DNA of 62,816 nucleotides, filler included, from Diploschistes diacapsis (GCA_023645945.1; 31 parts of 31 records of this genome joined end to end with filler, not necessarily neighbours in it), one strand, 5' to 3'. Shown: positions 50,793 through 62,816, counted from the first letter of the whole stretch. Notes: a model not told the origin generated them from the letters alone. Made by a program: numbers and translations.

Positions 50793-51393
50793 TGTAACGC
50801 CCAAAGGTGCGCCCTGGGGTTCAGGTCCCCCTGCTGCCACAGCCACGCACCTACATATAATGTAATAGGGAAACAGTGTTTCGGGGTTCCTGAAAGCATT
50901 GTGTTAATCTTTTAGCTTAGTAAGATAATGTTACTTTATTAGGCACTATTCCCGCTATTATAGTTATGCTTTCATTCCTTAGGTCGTTGGTTCGAGCACG
51001 AGCGTAAATAATACGTCGAATTTATTACGTTACGGTTAAACGTGTTACCCTACGAGGTTGACGTTATATGGAATATAAGATTAATTCTAAATACGGCTGG
51101 GTAACCCCGCCTCTAAGTTTATAACGTAGATATTAAAAACGATTTAAAATATTTAACATACTCGGGGCGTTATGTAAGACGTGATAGATGTTGGGGGCTA
51201 GCACTATAAAAAAGGGAGATAACTGTAACGCCTAAAGATACGTTCTAGGGTTCAGGTCCCCCTGCTACCACAGCCACGCACCTATATATAATGTAATAGG
51301 GAAACAGTGCTTCGGGGTTCCTGAAAGCATTATGTTAGTCTTTTGGCTCAGTGGGATAGCGCTACCCTATTAGGCACTACCCCCGCTGTTACA
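50793..51393 (+). mobile_element. TRIM-like element copy 3 (170-bp LTRs 50793-50962 and 51224-51393), TSD AAAAT
   Basis: AAAAT at 50788-50792 and 51394-51398; PPT before the 3' LTR. Confidence 0.92.
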
Positions 51394-51827
51394 AAAATAA
51401 TCGCGGTTAAAATATCTTCCTTACGGATACTATTCTTATTTCTACAATTTCGGACGAAGTAACCAATCTTATTATATTCGAAGCATTTCTTTCCTTTAAC
51501 TGAAAGTCCCTTATTGAATCTTTTAGCCCCTTTTTTCTGATTGGGACGGGATTTATTAGTTAAAATATCGAGATCTATAACGTCGTTGTCTATATATCNN
51601 NNNNNNNNNNNNNNNNNNNNNNNNNNNNNNNNNNNNNNNNNNTTAATTAATTAANNNNNNNNNNNNNNNNNNNNNNNNNNNNNNNNNNNNNNNNNNNNAT
51701 AATAAGTACATCGCGCTGTTAATATAACATACGAACGTATAACTAAAAAATAAAAGGAATTTAAATAAAATCTTATTAATAATAATTTCTAGAAAAAAGG
51801 GGAATATTAATATCTATATAAGGATAC

Positions 51828-52282
51828 TGTTACGATCCAAGTGACTAGGTGGTAGCCATTTGGCACTTCATAGCTGATCGGGCCTAACCCAACCATTCCT
51901 TGTATATAGTTTAATCATGGTGACACTGGTCACGTGATGTGTAGAAAGCCTTGGAGGTTATTTTACCTTCTGTGGGTAGAACGGGAGAACGGTAGTTTTA
52001 TTTATTTATTGATTTATTTCGTTAGGGAGTAATTAGTTATATAGGAACGTCGTTATGGCTCTTATAAATTTTAGTATATTTACTTTTATAAATATTTTTA
52101 GTTATTGTTCGGGATCAATTTATATTCGTTATCTTTATTATTAGAAAGCTTTCTTTCTAAAGACAGTCTAAGACCTGTAACTGCTCTACCTTCTTCTCCT
52201 GCTTGCACTCCTCTTCCAAACGAGACCAAACCTACCTTGATCAATACCTCGTGTCTACATTGTAGAGATAGAGTTCATAACA
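51828..52282 (+). repeat. LTR family A subfamily (455 bp)
   Basis: TGTTACGATCC...TCATAACA; lightly RIP'd at both ends. Confidence 0.8.
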
Positions 52283-53101
52283 GCGGCGTTGTTTTTCGGC
52301 GGATCGTCTTTAAAAACGGAAGCCCCCAGGGTATTATAATTTTTTATAACGTAAGGAATATGTTGCAACTTCCTTTATTAATTTATCTTATTTGTCGGTG
52401 AGCCTATTAAGCCATCTATCGAAGTCGATATTGACGGATAAATACCATCGATCTAAATATTAATAGCGTCGATAATGATTTCGTAATTAAACGGTAATAT
52501 TATAAATAATTATTAAAAAAGAACTTTCAGGGCGTATTCTTCTCGTCTAAACGATAGCTTTTTTAAAAGTTTCACCAGATATATCTATATTTCCTAAATA
52601 GTCGTACCTTTCTTAAATTTATAATTGGCGAATTTAAGGTTTAACTATCGACGTTCAGGTTCAGTTATCGCCTAATATTTTACCTATAAAGAATCCCATC
52701 TAGCTTTCGTAATAAATAAACCACGAAAACGTTCTTAATCAATCTCTCTCGTATAGATTATAATCTAGTAATTTATTTTAAATTAATCTTTTTGTTGAGC
52801 AGGCAGACGGAAGGCATGGCTGTGAGCTCGGCTTGTTCCAAGAGGTTCACTGGGAGAACCCGGGAAGTTCAGTTCAGGTGAACTTACCGAGGTTCAGTTC
52901 AGTTCAGTTTAGCTGAATTATATAAACTTTAATAAAATCCTGATTAGACCGATTAGATATAATATAGATAATAAAGTTTAATGAGTCCCGTAGGGTATAA
53001 ANNNNNNNNNNNNNNNNNNNNNNNNNNNNNNNNNNNNNNNNNNNNTTAATTAATTAANNNNNNNNNNNNNNNNNNNNNNNNNNNNNNNNNNNNNNNNNNN
53101 N

Positions 53102-53513
53102 ATCGTATCTTTTTTAAGTTTATAGTTAGCGAACTTAAGGTCCAGTTAACGACGTTCAGGTTTAATAATCGCCTAATATTTTGCTTATAGAGAATCCCAT
53201 CTAGCTTTCGTAGTAAATAAACCACGAAGACGTTCTTAGTCGATTTCTCTTGTACAAATCATGATCTAGTAGTTTGTTTTAGATTGATCTTTCTTTTATT
53301 ATTTAGATATTTTGTTTAAAACTAAACCTGACCGATAGAAAGAGATGATATAAAATCATCTAAAGTGACTGTAGTAGACAATGGTGGCTGATTATTAAAA
53401 ACGTAGTCCACTTCTTCGCTTTCGAGGTATATGCGTATAAGTTCGAACCATTACTATTAGTTCTCTTTTTTCAGGATAAGAACAACCCGCTTCTTAAATA
53501 AGATATCATTCAT
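53102..53513 (-). mobile_element. Copia-type gag N-terminus, RIP'd (further copies at 52400-52790 and 56850-57120)
   Basis: L.KEN...WFE.IRIYLESEEVDYVF resembles a copia gag N-terminus; overlapping homologous pieces in three contigs. Confidence 0.55.
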
Positions 53514-53699
53514 CTTATTACTATTTTCGTAAATAAAAAAGATTTGTTGAATAAATAACACGTAATTAGTAAGTAATTAATAAATGGTATAAAAGGTAAT
53601 CCTCTACAATAAAAATAAATGTAATCGAATGATTTAATAAAGTTTATAACTTATTGCTTTATTCTTTTAAAATAATAGTTTCGTTAAATAGCTTTAATG

Positions 53700-54404
53700 A
53701 TATTCATAATATCTTTATATCCATATTTCGATAAATTATAATGTTGTTATATACAGTTCTATATCCTTTCCGTAAGAATCTATAACTTCTATCGTATTAT
53801 TAAATACTGTTCGTGTTAATCTTCTAAAACATTCATAATTATTATAAATTCTCGAAAATCTATCGTAAATAATCTATCATTATTAATCTTTAATAATTTA
53901 ACTTAACGCGGTTTTCTTATTATATAATCTAATTATCTATTCAACGTGTTAGTTCGTTCGTTTACTTTATCTACGATCTTTCTGATCGTGAAACGATATC
54001 GTCCGAAAATCTTTAACCAGCGAAACTATCTTAAATTAAATTTTTTTATCGTCGTGAACTTTCAATAAGTTCATATGGTCTATATAAATTTCGATTTTTT
54101 TTGTTTTATAAACATAGATATATTATTCGTTCAAAATAACGATTATAACGAGTAATTCTTAATCGTTTATATCGTAATTGATTTTTATTAATAATATCTT
54201 TCTCGAGTAATAGATTATCAGCCGCCACTTATTATTATTATTTAATTATAATAGGTATGCTATAAAACTAGTTTTAAAGTATCGATTTCGATTCGTATTA
54301 ATTTATTTAAATTATAAAATTTTAGAACAGGCGTGTTAACTATTAGGTCTTTAAGCTTTTAAAAGGTCTGTTTTTAATTCTATAACTATTTATACGATAA
54401 ATCT
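53700..54404 (-). mobile_element. RIP'd gypsy RNase H region
   Basis: W..IIYYSRKI...INYDIND pattern. Confidence 0.65.
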
Positions 54405-54504
54405 NNNNNNNNNNNNNNNNNNNNNNNNNNNNNNNNNNNNNNNNNNNNTTAATTAATTAANNNNNNNNNNNNNNNNNNNNNNNNNNNNNNNNNNNNNNNN
54501 NNNN

Positions 54505-55020
54505 TTATTTTTATTATATAATTCTTTATTAAATGCGACCGAACTTCGAAAAATTAATAAAAAAATTTAATTAAACGTTACAAGCCGTTTTAAAATTAAT
54601 TAACCCGATTCGACGTTATTCGAATCGAATAATCCGTATATTTAAATCGACGTATACTAAATTCACAACGTTTCGTAAATAAAACTGAGAACAAAAAACG
54701 CTTCTTAATAGTTATAAAAAAACGTAAATTAAATAAACGAATCGAATTAAAAGATCGTTTTATATTTAATACAGACGAAATTTTTAAAATAATAATTCGG
54801 GTTAAATCGAATCGAATAATTTCGAAACGATTTATAACGCGTAAAAAACGTCGTCGCATTTCTAAAATCGAAAAAGATAAAAATAAAAAAAATTAATTCG
54901 ATTTAAATCCATTAGATTCTAATTACGACGAATAAATTATATCTAAAAACCGTAAAATGTTAACGGTAATGATTAAGGTGGCCCACTTCTGGGGGTGGCC
55001 CGCTTCCCCGTCAAACACGT
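54505..55020 (+). mobile_element. RIP'd pogo/Fot1-like transposon 3' end with TIR, abutting a second pogo-like element (55021-55440)
   Basis: TIR ...GGCCCGCTTCCCCGTCAAACACGT followed by TA. Confidence 0.7.
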
Positions 55021-56018
55021 TAATTATAATAATGCGCTTACGTTTCTGACGATATGTCGAAACTTTTTTAAAATTTTTATTCTCTGCCGCCAGAAGCGCA
55101 AGCTCCGTAAGAACTTTTTAGCCGCTTTAGCTATCTTAAGGAAATTTCGGGGTATTTTAAGCTTCTGCCGGAAGTTTAAAGTCGAATTTTTTAAAAGATT
55201 CATCTCTCGAAGGGTTCGAGGCGTCGTAAATAAGGTGTAGCGAGTTTAAGAGGCGCCAAAAGGATCGTCAACGGCGCCGGAAATTTTAGATATCGGTTTA
55301 CAAAAGTCGAAAAACTCGATACCGACGTTTTTCCACGCGGCGCGAGCGTTTTTAGTAATATGGGTATTTATTCGAGCGTTAATAAAAATCTTAAAAAAAA
55401 ACAACCCACTCATATAAATAATGCTATATTATGATAACGTCCCGACTCGTTTCTTATAAGTATACGTAAATAAATTAAATAGATCATTATCTAGAAACTA
55501 GAGAACGTAAGAAATATACGCTAATAAATCTATCGCCAGGATCCTCCTATTCATTATCTAATTCAAAAACGACAGCGAGAGATGACTCTCGTATCCGTCC
55601 ATAAATAGGATTTTCCAGACTTGCGGCGAACGGAGTTTAAAAACGCTTTCGGGATCGAAATTTGATTAACGTGTTTCACGAGGATTCCGGCCACCCACAG
55701 ATTTCGGCCACCTCAAATCATTATTTTCATCTTATATTCGATTCTTCTTAATAATGACTACCTCGCATGGTAATAATTCGATCCTAATAAAATTTAATAT
55801 TAACGACNNNNNNNNNNNNNNNNNNNNNNNNNNNNNNNNNNNNNNNNNNNNTTAATTAATTAANNNNNNNNNNNNNNNNNNNNNNNNNNNNNNNNNNNNN
55901 NNNNNNNGCTTTATAGACGGAGTTATTTAGTATGTTAGTTTAATTAGATATCTTTAAATTAGGATCGATTATCCTTAAAAGATATTATATTTTTAAATAA
56001 TGTAGTAATATCGTAAGC

Positions 56019-56240
56019 TAGAACGCCCCTACAGGAATAGGTGCTACAATACCGGGGGCTGAGTCTGATACGTAAGGATTACGTGTAACTAGGCATCTAT
56101 AGGCTGAATGGTTCAGATTCGAAAAGGTAAGGAAGAAACTATCTAGGTGGGAGGAGGGCACAAATAAACAGTCTAGGTGCCAGCCCTACCAGCCCTACCA
56201 GGGTTCAACCCTTGAACCCACAAACGTTCAGGATGTTCCA
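56019..56240 (-). repeat. Solo LTR (family B-related) flanked by AAGC
   Basis: T(A/G)GAAC...GTTCCA termini; AAGC at 56015-56018 and 56241-56244. Confidence 0.7.
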
Positions 56241-57309
56241 AAGCGTCGTAATCTCGTTAGCGATCTTTTCGTAATTTTATTTTGTATAACCTTTTATTCC
56301 GACAATATAGAAAGAAAACATAATATATCTTAAACGTAAAGTATTGAAATCTAAAAATGTTTTTTTAACTTTATTAATTGTCGGTTACCATTATTTGGTT
56401 TCGGACGATTATAGGAAGCAGGAGTTTTTAAAACATTGTGATTTACAGAAGATTTTAGATAATAAGATTTAATATTTAGATAGATAAGTTAATTAGTTAT
56501 AATTAGGGTTTAGGTTCAGGTTTAGGTTCAGTATCGATCTTTAAATTTTTGTTATTTGAACTTTTTGCGTTATAGACGCGTTTGTTTTTTCCTCTTTACT
56601 TGCTGCGGATGTCTCGAGATTTATTTTCCCGGTTCTTATTTTTTGTTACGATGATTATCCTTTTAAACTTTTTCGCGAGTTTATAGCGTATCGCGCGATG
56701 ATTATTTTTATTATAAAGTAGTCATTCTTTAAATAAGTTTCTTAAACTAGAACGGCGACGTCGTTTCTCGTCGGATCGTCGAAAGAATCCCTTTTAATGG
56801 AATAAATATACTACGTTTTCTTTTATTAGTTTTTTTAATTTGTCGGTTAATTTATTAAGTTATTTATCGTAATTGATATTGATGGATAAAATATTATCGA
56901 TTTAGATATTAATAACGTCGATAATAATTACGTAATTAGACGGTAATATTATAAATAATTATTGAAAGGGAACCTTTAGGGCGTGGTTCGATTGTTTATA
57001 CGATATTTATTTTAAAAGTTTTATTAGGTGTGTCTATGTTTCCTAAATAATGGTGTTAGTTTTAAGTTTGTAATTGGCGAATTCGAGGTTTAGTTGGTGA
57101 CGTTCAGGTTTAGTAATCATTATTTGGTTCGGAATGATTATAGGGTATAAAAAACCTTAAGTTATTGTGATCTGTTATAAGTTCTAGGTGGTAAAGGTTT
57201 AGTATCTGTNNNNNNNNNNNNNNNNNNNNNNNNNNNNNNNNNNNNNNNNNNNNTTAATTAATTAANNNNNNNNNNNNNNNNNNNNNNNNNNNNNNNNNNN
57301 NNNNNNNNN

Positions 57310-57600
57310 GTTGAGGGTCAGGGTGTCGGGCGAAGAGAAGGAGGGGGAGCAGGAGGCGGTTGTGAGGGTGCGGAGGTCGGATTGGGAGAGGGTTACGCTT
57401 AGGCTGGAGTTCGTGGGGAGATTGAGGGCTGTGGAGCGCTTGCCCCAGTATCTGGTTGTGGTTGTTAGTGCTTGTATAGATGCCTGAGTATGGGGGATGG
57501 ATGGTGGAATGGTTGAAACCTGGGGGGTAACAACGTACTTGATCACCGCGATGTTGACGGGGGCCGTGGTGCTGGCCCGGTAGACTGGGCTTTGGGCCAT
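57310..57600 (-). CDS. MVD1: Diphosphomevalonate decarboxylase, 5' partial, one intron (about 57451-57536)
   Basis: ASTTAPVNIAVIK|YWGKR...LNLPTNSSLSVTLSQSDLRTLTTASCS. Confidence 0.96.
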
Positions 57601-57906
57601 CTTTTAGTGCGCTAACAGCAAGATCCGTTCGGAATCTGGCACTCTTTCCCCTCTCTATCAGATAGAAAGCAATTCGTTAAAGTAAAAGAGCCTTGCACAG
57701 ACATGCTAGTCATATATCCTTGCTTGTGGGGTTTACGGGATGTTGACTTTCCGCTCACCTAGCGGTGGCGTTATCCAGGGGGTTAAGCTTCCCGCACGGA
57801 CCATCTGAGATGGGCATCATCATATGGAGCTCTTCAACCGTTTCCAACAGCTCGACATACAACTCATTCCCCTCACGCTCCTTTTAACGCCATACACCGC
57901 TGTAAC

Positions 57907-58611
57907 ATGCCAAATAAGGAGGAGCCACCCTCGTCATGCCCCATCGACCCCTCCGCTCGCGCCGCCTGGGTCGAGAAAGCCAAACAAAGCGGTGAGACTC
58001 CACGGCACCCCATGCCATCTCCCTCGGCCTCGCCCATCCCCCTCCCGCAGCAGCAACAAACACCCCGCATAACGAAGACACGGCCCCTCTCTCAAGACCG
58101 CGAAATCAGCACCATCCCCCGCGCCGACCCTCTCCTCGCCACCACGACTCCGAACCCCTCCTCCGCACCCTCTTCGGCCGCACAATCCAACCCGGCGCCA
58201 CCGCCCCGTCCCTCCAACAGCGAGCGCGAAACCGGCTCCGATGCCGGATCCGGCAACTGGATCTACCCGTCGGAAAGGATGTTCTTCGAGGCGATGAAGC
58301 GCAAGAACTACGACCCGCAGGCCACGGACATGGCGACCATCGTGCCCATCCACAACGCCGTCAACGAGAGGGCGTGGGCGGAGATCAAGAGCTGGGAGAG
58401 CCGTTTCGCGTGGAGTCGGAACGGCAGCAAGGGCTGTGGCGGGCCGAGGTTGCATTCGTTCTCGGGGGACGCGAAGAGGCTGAGCCCGCGCGCGAGGTGG
58501 AATGTGCTTTGGGGCTACAAGGAACCGTTCGATAGACACGATTGGGTGGTGGAGAGGTGTCCGGGGCAGATGGGGGTGGAGTATGTGATTGATTTTTATG
58601 AGGGAAAGGGA
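57907..58611 (+). CDS. CYT2: Cytochrome c/c1 heme lyase (probably c1 type), 3' truncated by the contig end
   Basis: CP heme motif; WIYPSERMFFEAMKRK; IVPIHNAVNERAW; PFDRHDWVVERC; YVIDFY. Confidence 0.9.
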
Positions 58612-58789
58612 NNNNNNNNNNNNNNNNNNNNNNNNNNNNNNNNNNNNNNNNNNNNTTAATTAATTAANNNNNNNNNNNNNNNNNNNNNNNNNNNNNNNNN
58701 NNNNNNNNNNNATAAAATGCTTGCTCCGATACCAAGCTATCGGAGCAAGCATTTTATAATATAAGCCAAAAATTATTTATCCGGATGAA

Positions 58790-59145
58790 TTAAAGCACGA
58801 ACCATTATAAAGAACGATTTAAAAACGGTTGCTAAATTTATTCATAAAAAGTTAATTTATCGATATAGGATGTTCGAGAAGATGATCGTTAACGATGATT
58901 TAGAAAATAAAACAGAAGTTATCGATCTTTTAATTAAATACGGAATTTAACGAACCTAGATCTCGGCCTATAATCCTCCTATAAATAATTTAATTAAGTA
59001 TGGTTACCGCGTAATCATAAACGTTCTAAATAAATTAATTAATGGCGGGAAAGGAAACTGAATGTCGACTTTATCTTTAATATTTTAAACAGAATGAATC
59101 TCGATTAATATTATTACGAAAAAAATTTCATTTTTATTATTAAAC
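58790..59145 (+). mobile_element. RIP'd gypsy integrase core fragment
   Basis: TVAKFI..LIYRYR...MIVNDDLENK...ISAYNPPINNLI pattern. Confidence 0.7.
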
Positions 59146-59387
59146 GATTTATTTGCTGAATCGTACTTTTCAACCGATAATATCTCGATTAATTCTTTAA
59201 AAAACGGAAATATTATCGATTTTCTTCTTCTCTTTTGATCCTTTCTATCAGCGGGGGTTATTATTTATAATAATTCGGGCGGATAATACTTTCGAGTTCG
59301 GTTATCGGGGACTTACTTAAATACTTAATTCGATTAACGTTTTAAATTCTCGTCACGAGTGCGTAAGTAAAACGAGCTTTTCGAATA

Positions 59388-59684
59388 TGAAACGCTAGCG
59401 CAAGAATAAGATACTATATTCCCGAGAACTAAACCTGATCCGGAAGGATTACGTATAACTGGGCATCTATAGATAAAAGATCTCGATTCGAGAAGCTAGA
59501 AAAAAAACTATTTAAATGAGAAGGTAGCAGGAATAAATAGTATGTAAGTGCCAGCCCTACGGGGTTCGGGTTCTTCCCGCCTACACAGCCACCCCCTAAC
59601 ATCCTTGGCACGGTTGGTACCCGTCATGTGACCCTGCCGTCACGTGACCCCGGTGGCTTGGCACGCCTGGGCTGATCTGTCTCA
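59388..59684 (-). repeat. LTR family B 5' LTR
   Basis: Third copy with the same PBS and internal flank. Confidence 0.85.
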
Positions 59685-60113
59685 GGTAACGTGATTTATA
59701 ATAAATATAAAGAATTTAATCTTTTTAAATAATAACGTATTAATGAATAAATATTTCCGAAATTAACGCGAATAGCGCGTAATATTCTACCGGTTCCAAT
59801 CTCGGAAATTAACGTTAAAAAATATTTAATCGCGGTCGAGATTTTATTACATATCGACGATCTCGTTTATATAATTTAGTTATCCGTAAGACTCTCGTTA
59901 TCGAATATTATCTACGATAATCCGACGATTCCAGTATCACGAGTCGACGAAGACGTTATTTATTTTAAAATTCCAATTCTACGCTCGAAAAAAAGAAAAA
60001 AGAAGAATATATTNNNNNNNNNNNNNNNNNNNNNNNNNNNNNNNNNNNNNNNNNNNNTTAATTAATTAANNNNNNNNNNNNNNNNNNNNNNNNNNNNNNN
60101 NNNNNNNNNNNNN

Positions 60114-60473
60114 AATAAAAGAAGATAGAAAGTAAAAAACGGTATTTAAAACACGTTACGGGTTATTAAAATATTTAAGAATTTTTTTTAATTTAATTAA
60201 TATATTAATTACCGAGTAATAGTGTATGGGCGATATATTACGCGATATTTTAAACGATTATATTATTTTTTATTTAAACGATATTTTAATTTATTTTAAC
60301 GGAACTCTCGAGGATTATCGATAAAAAATTAAAGAAATAATACGAGGTTTTAATAAATACGAACTTCGGTTCAAACTAAAGAAATACGTATTTTATCAAA
60401 TAGAAGTTAACTTTTTAGGATACGTTATAAGACGAAAAGGCGTTAAGATCGATTTAAAGAAAATAAACTCGAT
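60114..60473 (+). mobile_element. RIP'd gypsy RT fragment, interrupted by LTR B (60474-60663), itself interrupted by LTR A
   Basis: KTVFKTRYGL, YLNDILIY (YLDD) and EVNFLGYVI motifs. Confidence 0.85.
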
Positions 60474-60663
60474 TGGAACGCCAGCGCAGGAATGGAATAC
60501 TACACTACCGGGGGCTGGGCCTGATCCGGAAGGATTACGTGTAGCTGGGCATCTGCAGATAAAAGGTCTCGATTCGAAAAGCTAGAAAAGAAACTATCTA
60601 AATAGGAGGATAGTAGAAATATATAGTGTGTAAGTACCAGCCCTACGAGGTTTCGGGTCCTAC

Positions 60664-61415
60664 TGTTACGATCCAAGGTACTAGTCGGTAGTACTTGGCA
60701 CGCAACAGCTAGTCGGGCACTTCCCAACCACTCCTTATATATAGTCCAATCAGGGTAACACGGGTCACGTGATAAATAAAAGGTCTAAAAAATCATTCTA
60801 TTTAATTATAAATAGTAAGGAAGAACGGTAATTCTATTTATTTATTTATTTATTTTATTAAAAGAATTATTAATTATATAAAAACGTCGTCGTAGTTTCC
60901 GTAAATCTAAAACGTGTTCATTTTTATAAACATCTTAAATTATTATTCGAAATCAATCTATATTCGTTACCTCTATCACTAAAAAGCCTTCTTTCCAGAG
61001 ATAATCTAAAACCTATAACTATTTTACCTTCTTCTCCTATTTATATTCTTCTTCTAAACGAGATTAAACTTATTTTGATTTTACTCGTGTATATCTTATA
61101 TAAATAAAGATTATAACATTTAAACACCCTTTAGAATAAGTGTTATTAATAACACAACCGGGCGATCGCCACCGATAACTAAATCCGTACCATCTCGAGC
61201 ACCTAAAATAGCAACGCCACCAGAAAAAACCGATATCCCAATAACGGACATTACGGAAGCTAAAAACGACGACTTCAGAAATAACGATAAATTTAACGAA
61301 AATAAATCGTATAAAAAACCCATTATGAAAGCTACAAAATCAATAACGTTCCATAAAAACTGAAAGAAATTAAAATACTAGATATTTTAACTTTCAATAT
61401 ACTTCTACTAAAACC
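60664..61415 (+). mobile_element. LTR family A 5' LTR (60664-61118) plus internal leader
   Basis: 455-bp LTR; leader homologous to 8011-8310. Confidence 0.8.
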
Positions 61416-61515
61416 NNNNNNNNNNNNNNNNNNNNNNNNNNNNNNNNNNNNNNNNNNNNTTAATTAATTAANNNNNNNNNNNNNNNNNNNNNNNNNNNNN
61501 NNNNNNNNNNNNNNN

Positions 61516-62816
61516 CCCCTCTTCCCTCCCTCATACTCACTCTCAAGCCACCGAGCCTCTTCGTCCGAATCCCAAACGGTCCTCACTTCAACCCCGTTCC
61601 CTCTTTTCCCTCCCCTTCTGTTCCCCCCAACCTTCTCCTCAAGCAAAGCAACGAACCCGTCAACCCCGCCCCCAACGCCAAAATAAATCTTCTTCGCCGC
61701 CACGAGCGCCACCGCGTCCCCCCAATCCGCACCCTCGCTTCCACTCTTTATCTCCGCCCCGTCTTCACGTCCGTCCCGTTCGGCCGGCCCGGATCCGAGC
61801 CCCAGCAGACCCAGCAGCGTATCGACGAACGCCGCCAGACTCTCGGGCTGGTAGATAGTCTCGCTGGCCAGCACCAGCGTCTTCTTCCTCCCGCCTTTTC
61901 CCTCTTCGCTCTTGCCCATCGTACCTTTCGCCCCGTCCGCCGGTCTGCCCGCAGCGAGCACCGCGTCGGGATCCGAATCCGAACGCAAACCACACTCTGG
62001 GCTCGGGGCTGGGTTCCGACTGGGATCCGGGCGAGAGAGCAGCTGCAGAAAGCCCTCGCCCCAGGCGCCGGAGACGCCGCGGATGGTAATGCGCTTTTCC
62101 GTCAGCGAGTGCTGGAAGGCGGAGAGGAGGCGGGGCGTTATGTCGAGGTGGTTGTTTTCGGACGGGGGCTCGGACCGGTTTTGTGGTTGGGAGAGAGAAG
62201 ACGTGTGGTGGGAAGTGCAAGCGTAAGCCAGGAGCAGGTTGGGGACGCTGGCGAGCGTGAGGACGGGGAGGTTGTAGTCTGCGACAACAAGCTCTATGGG
62301 CGGCGGCGGCGGCGGCGGAGGCTGAGTCTGCGATAGCCGCGATGCCGCCGGGCGGTAAAGAAGTGAAGACAAGAGGACGCTCGTGGGCAGCGCGGTGCCG
62401 GCGCCTAGCTAAAACCCCAAAATCACAACCGTCAAAAGGGGCACTCCTCATAACCAAGAGCGGGATATACTCTTGTGAGCGGGGCACATCGTCCTACCAA
62501 CCTCAACGACCCTCGTTCCCCCTCCCTCATTTGCTCGGAGGTCCAACGCTCCCGCCTCAATCGAGGCCAAAAGGTAGCGCGCTAGATCGACGCTGCATTC
62601 CCACGTCTTGAAGCCGCCTTCGTAGAGCCGGGGCTGGAGGTCGTCGGATGTGAAGCCGGAGGTGAGGGCAGAGTCGGCGGCGGAGGGGGAGAGGTCGACT
62701 TCGGCGAGGATCTGGGTGCGGATATCGGAGAGGTCGCGGCGGGAGAGGGAGAGCGGAGGGCGGGAGAGGGAGGAGTCGTTGGGACCGGGCAGGTGGGGAT
62801 GTTGGAGGGGTTGGAG
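61516..62816 (-). CDS. HPM1: Histidine protein methyltransferase Hpm1/METTL18-like, partial at both ends, intron about 62409-62501
   Basis: DDLQPRLYEGGFKTWECSVDLA, RVVE|LGAGTALP, ADYN..VL, LVLASETIY, AAKKIYFGVGGG. Confidence 0.88.

Overview
This is not a contiguous locus. It is 31 draft-assembly contigs of a filamentous ascomycete (Pezizomycotina-type genes and introns), joined by 30 artificial 100-bp spacers (N44-TTAATTAATTAA-N44). Thirty contigs are about 1.3 kb and sorted by decreasing length. Most are junctions between nested, heavily RIP-mutated transposons (Ty3/gypsy chromoviruses, Ty1/copia, a Tad1-like LINE, Tc1, pogo/Fot1 and a hAT-like MITE). Two carry fragments of housekeeping genes (MVD1 plus cytochrome c1 heme lyase head-to-head; an HPM1-like methyltransferase). 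One 20.6-kb contig (9879-30501) holds about four intact genes (Vip1-like RRM protein, nucleolar RRM protein, UFD1-domain zinc-finger protein, small membrane protein) among about seven pseudogenes. It begins with what looks like a collapsed Starship relic (truncated DUF3435-type captain, 3'-5' exonuclease, dynamin). The most interesting signals are: a 0.6-kb TRIM-like non-autonomous LTR element (3 copies, 5-bp TSDs) whose PBS is complementary to its own LTR, suggesting tRNA-independent Tf1-type self-priming; the same architecture in other LTR families here; RIP-spared zones at repeat edges that carry a conserved TCACGTGA motif; and unusually dense non-RIP gene decay. All family assignments come from motif recognition by eye, not database searches.
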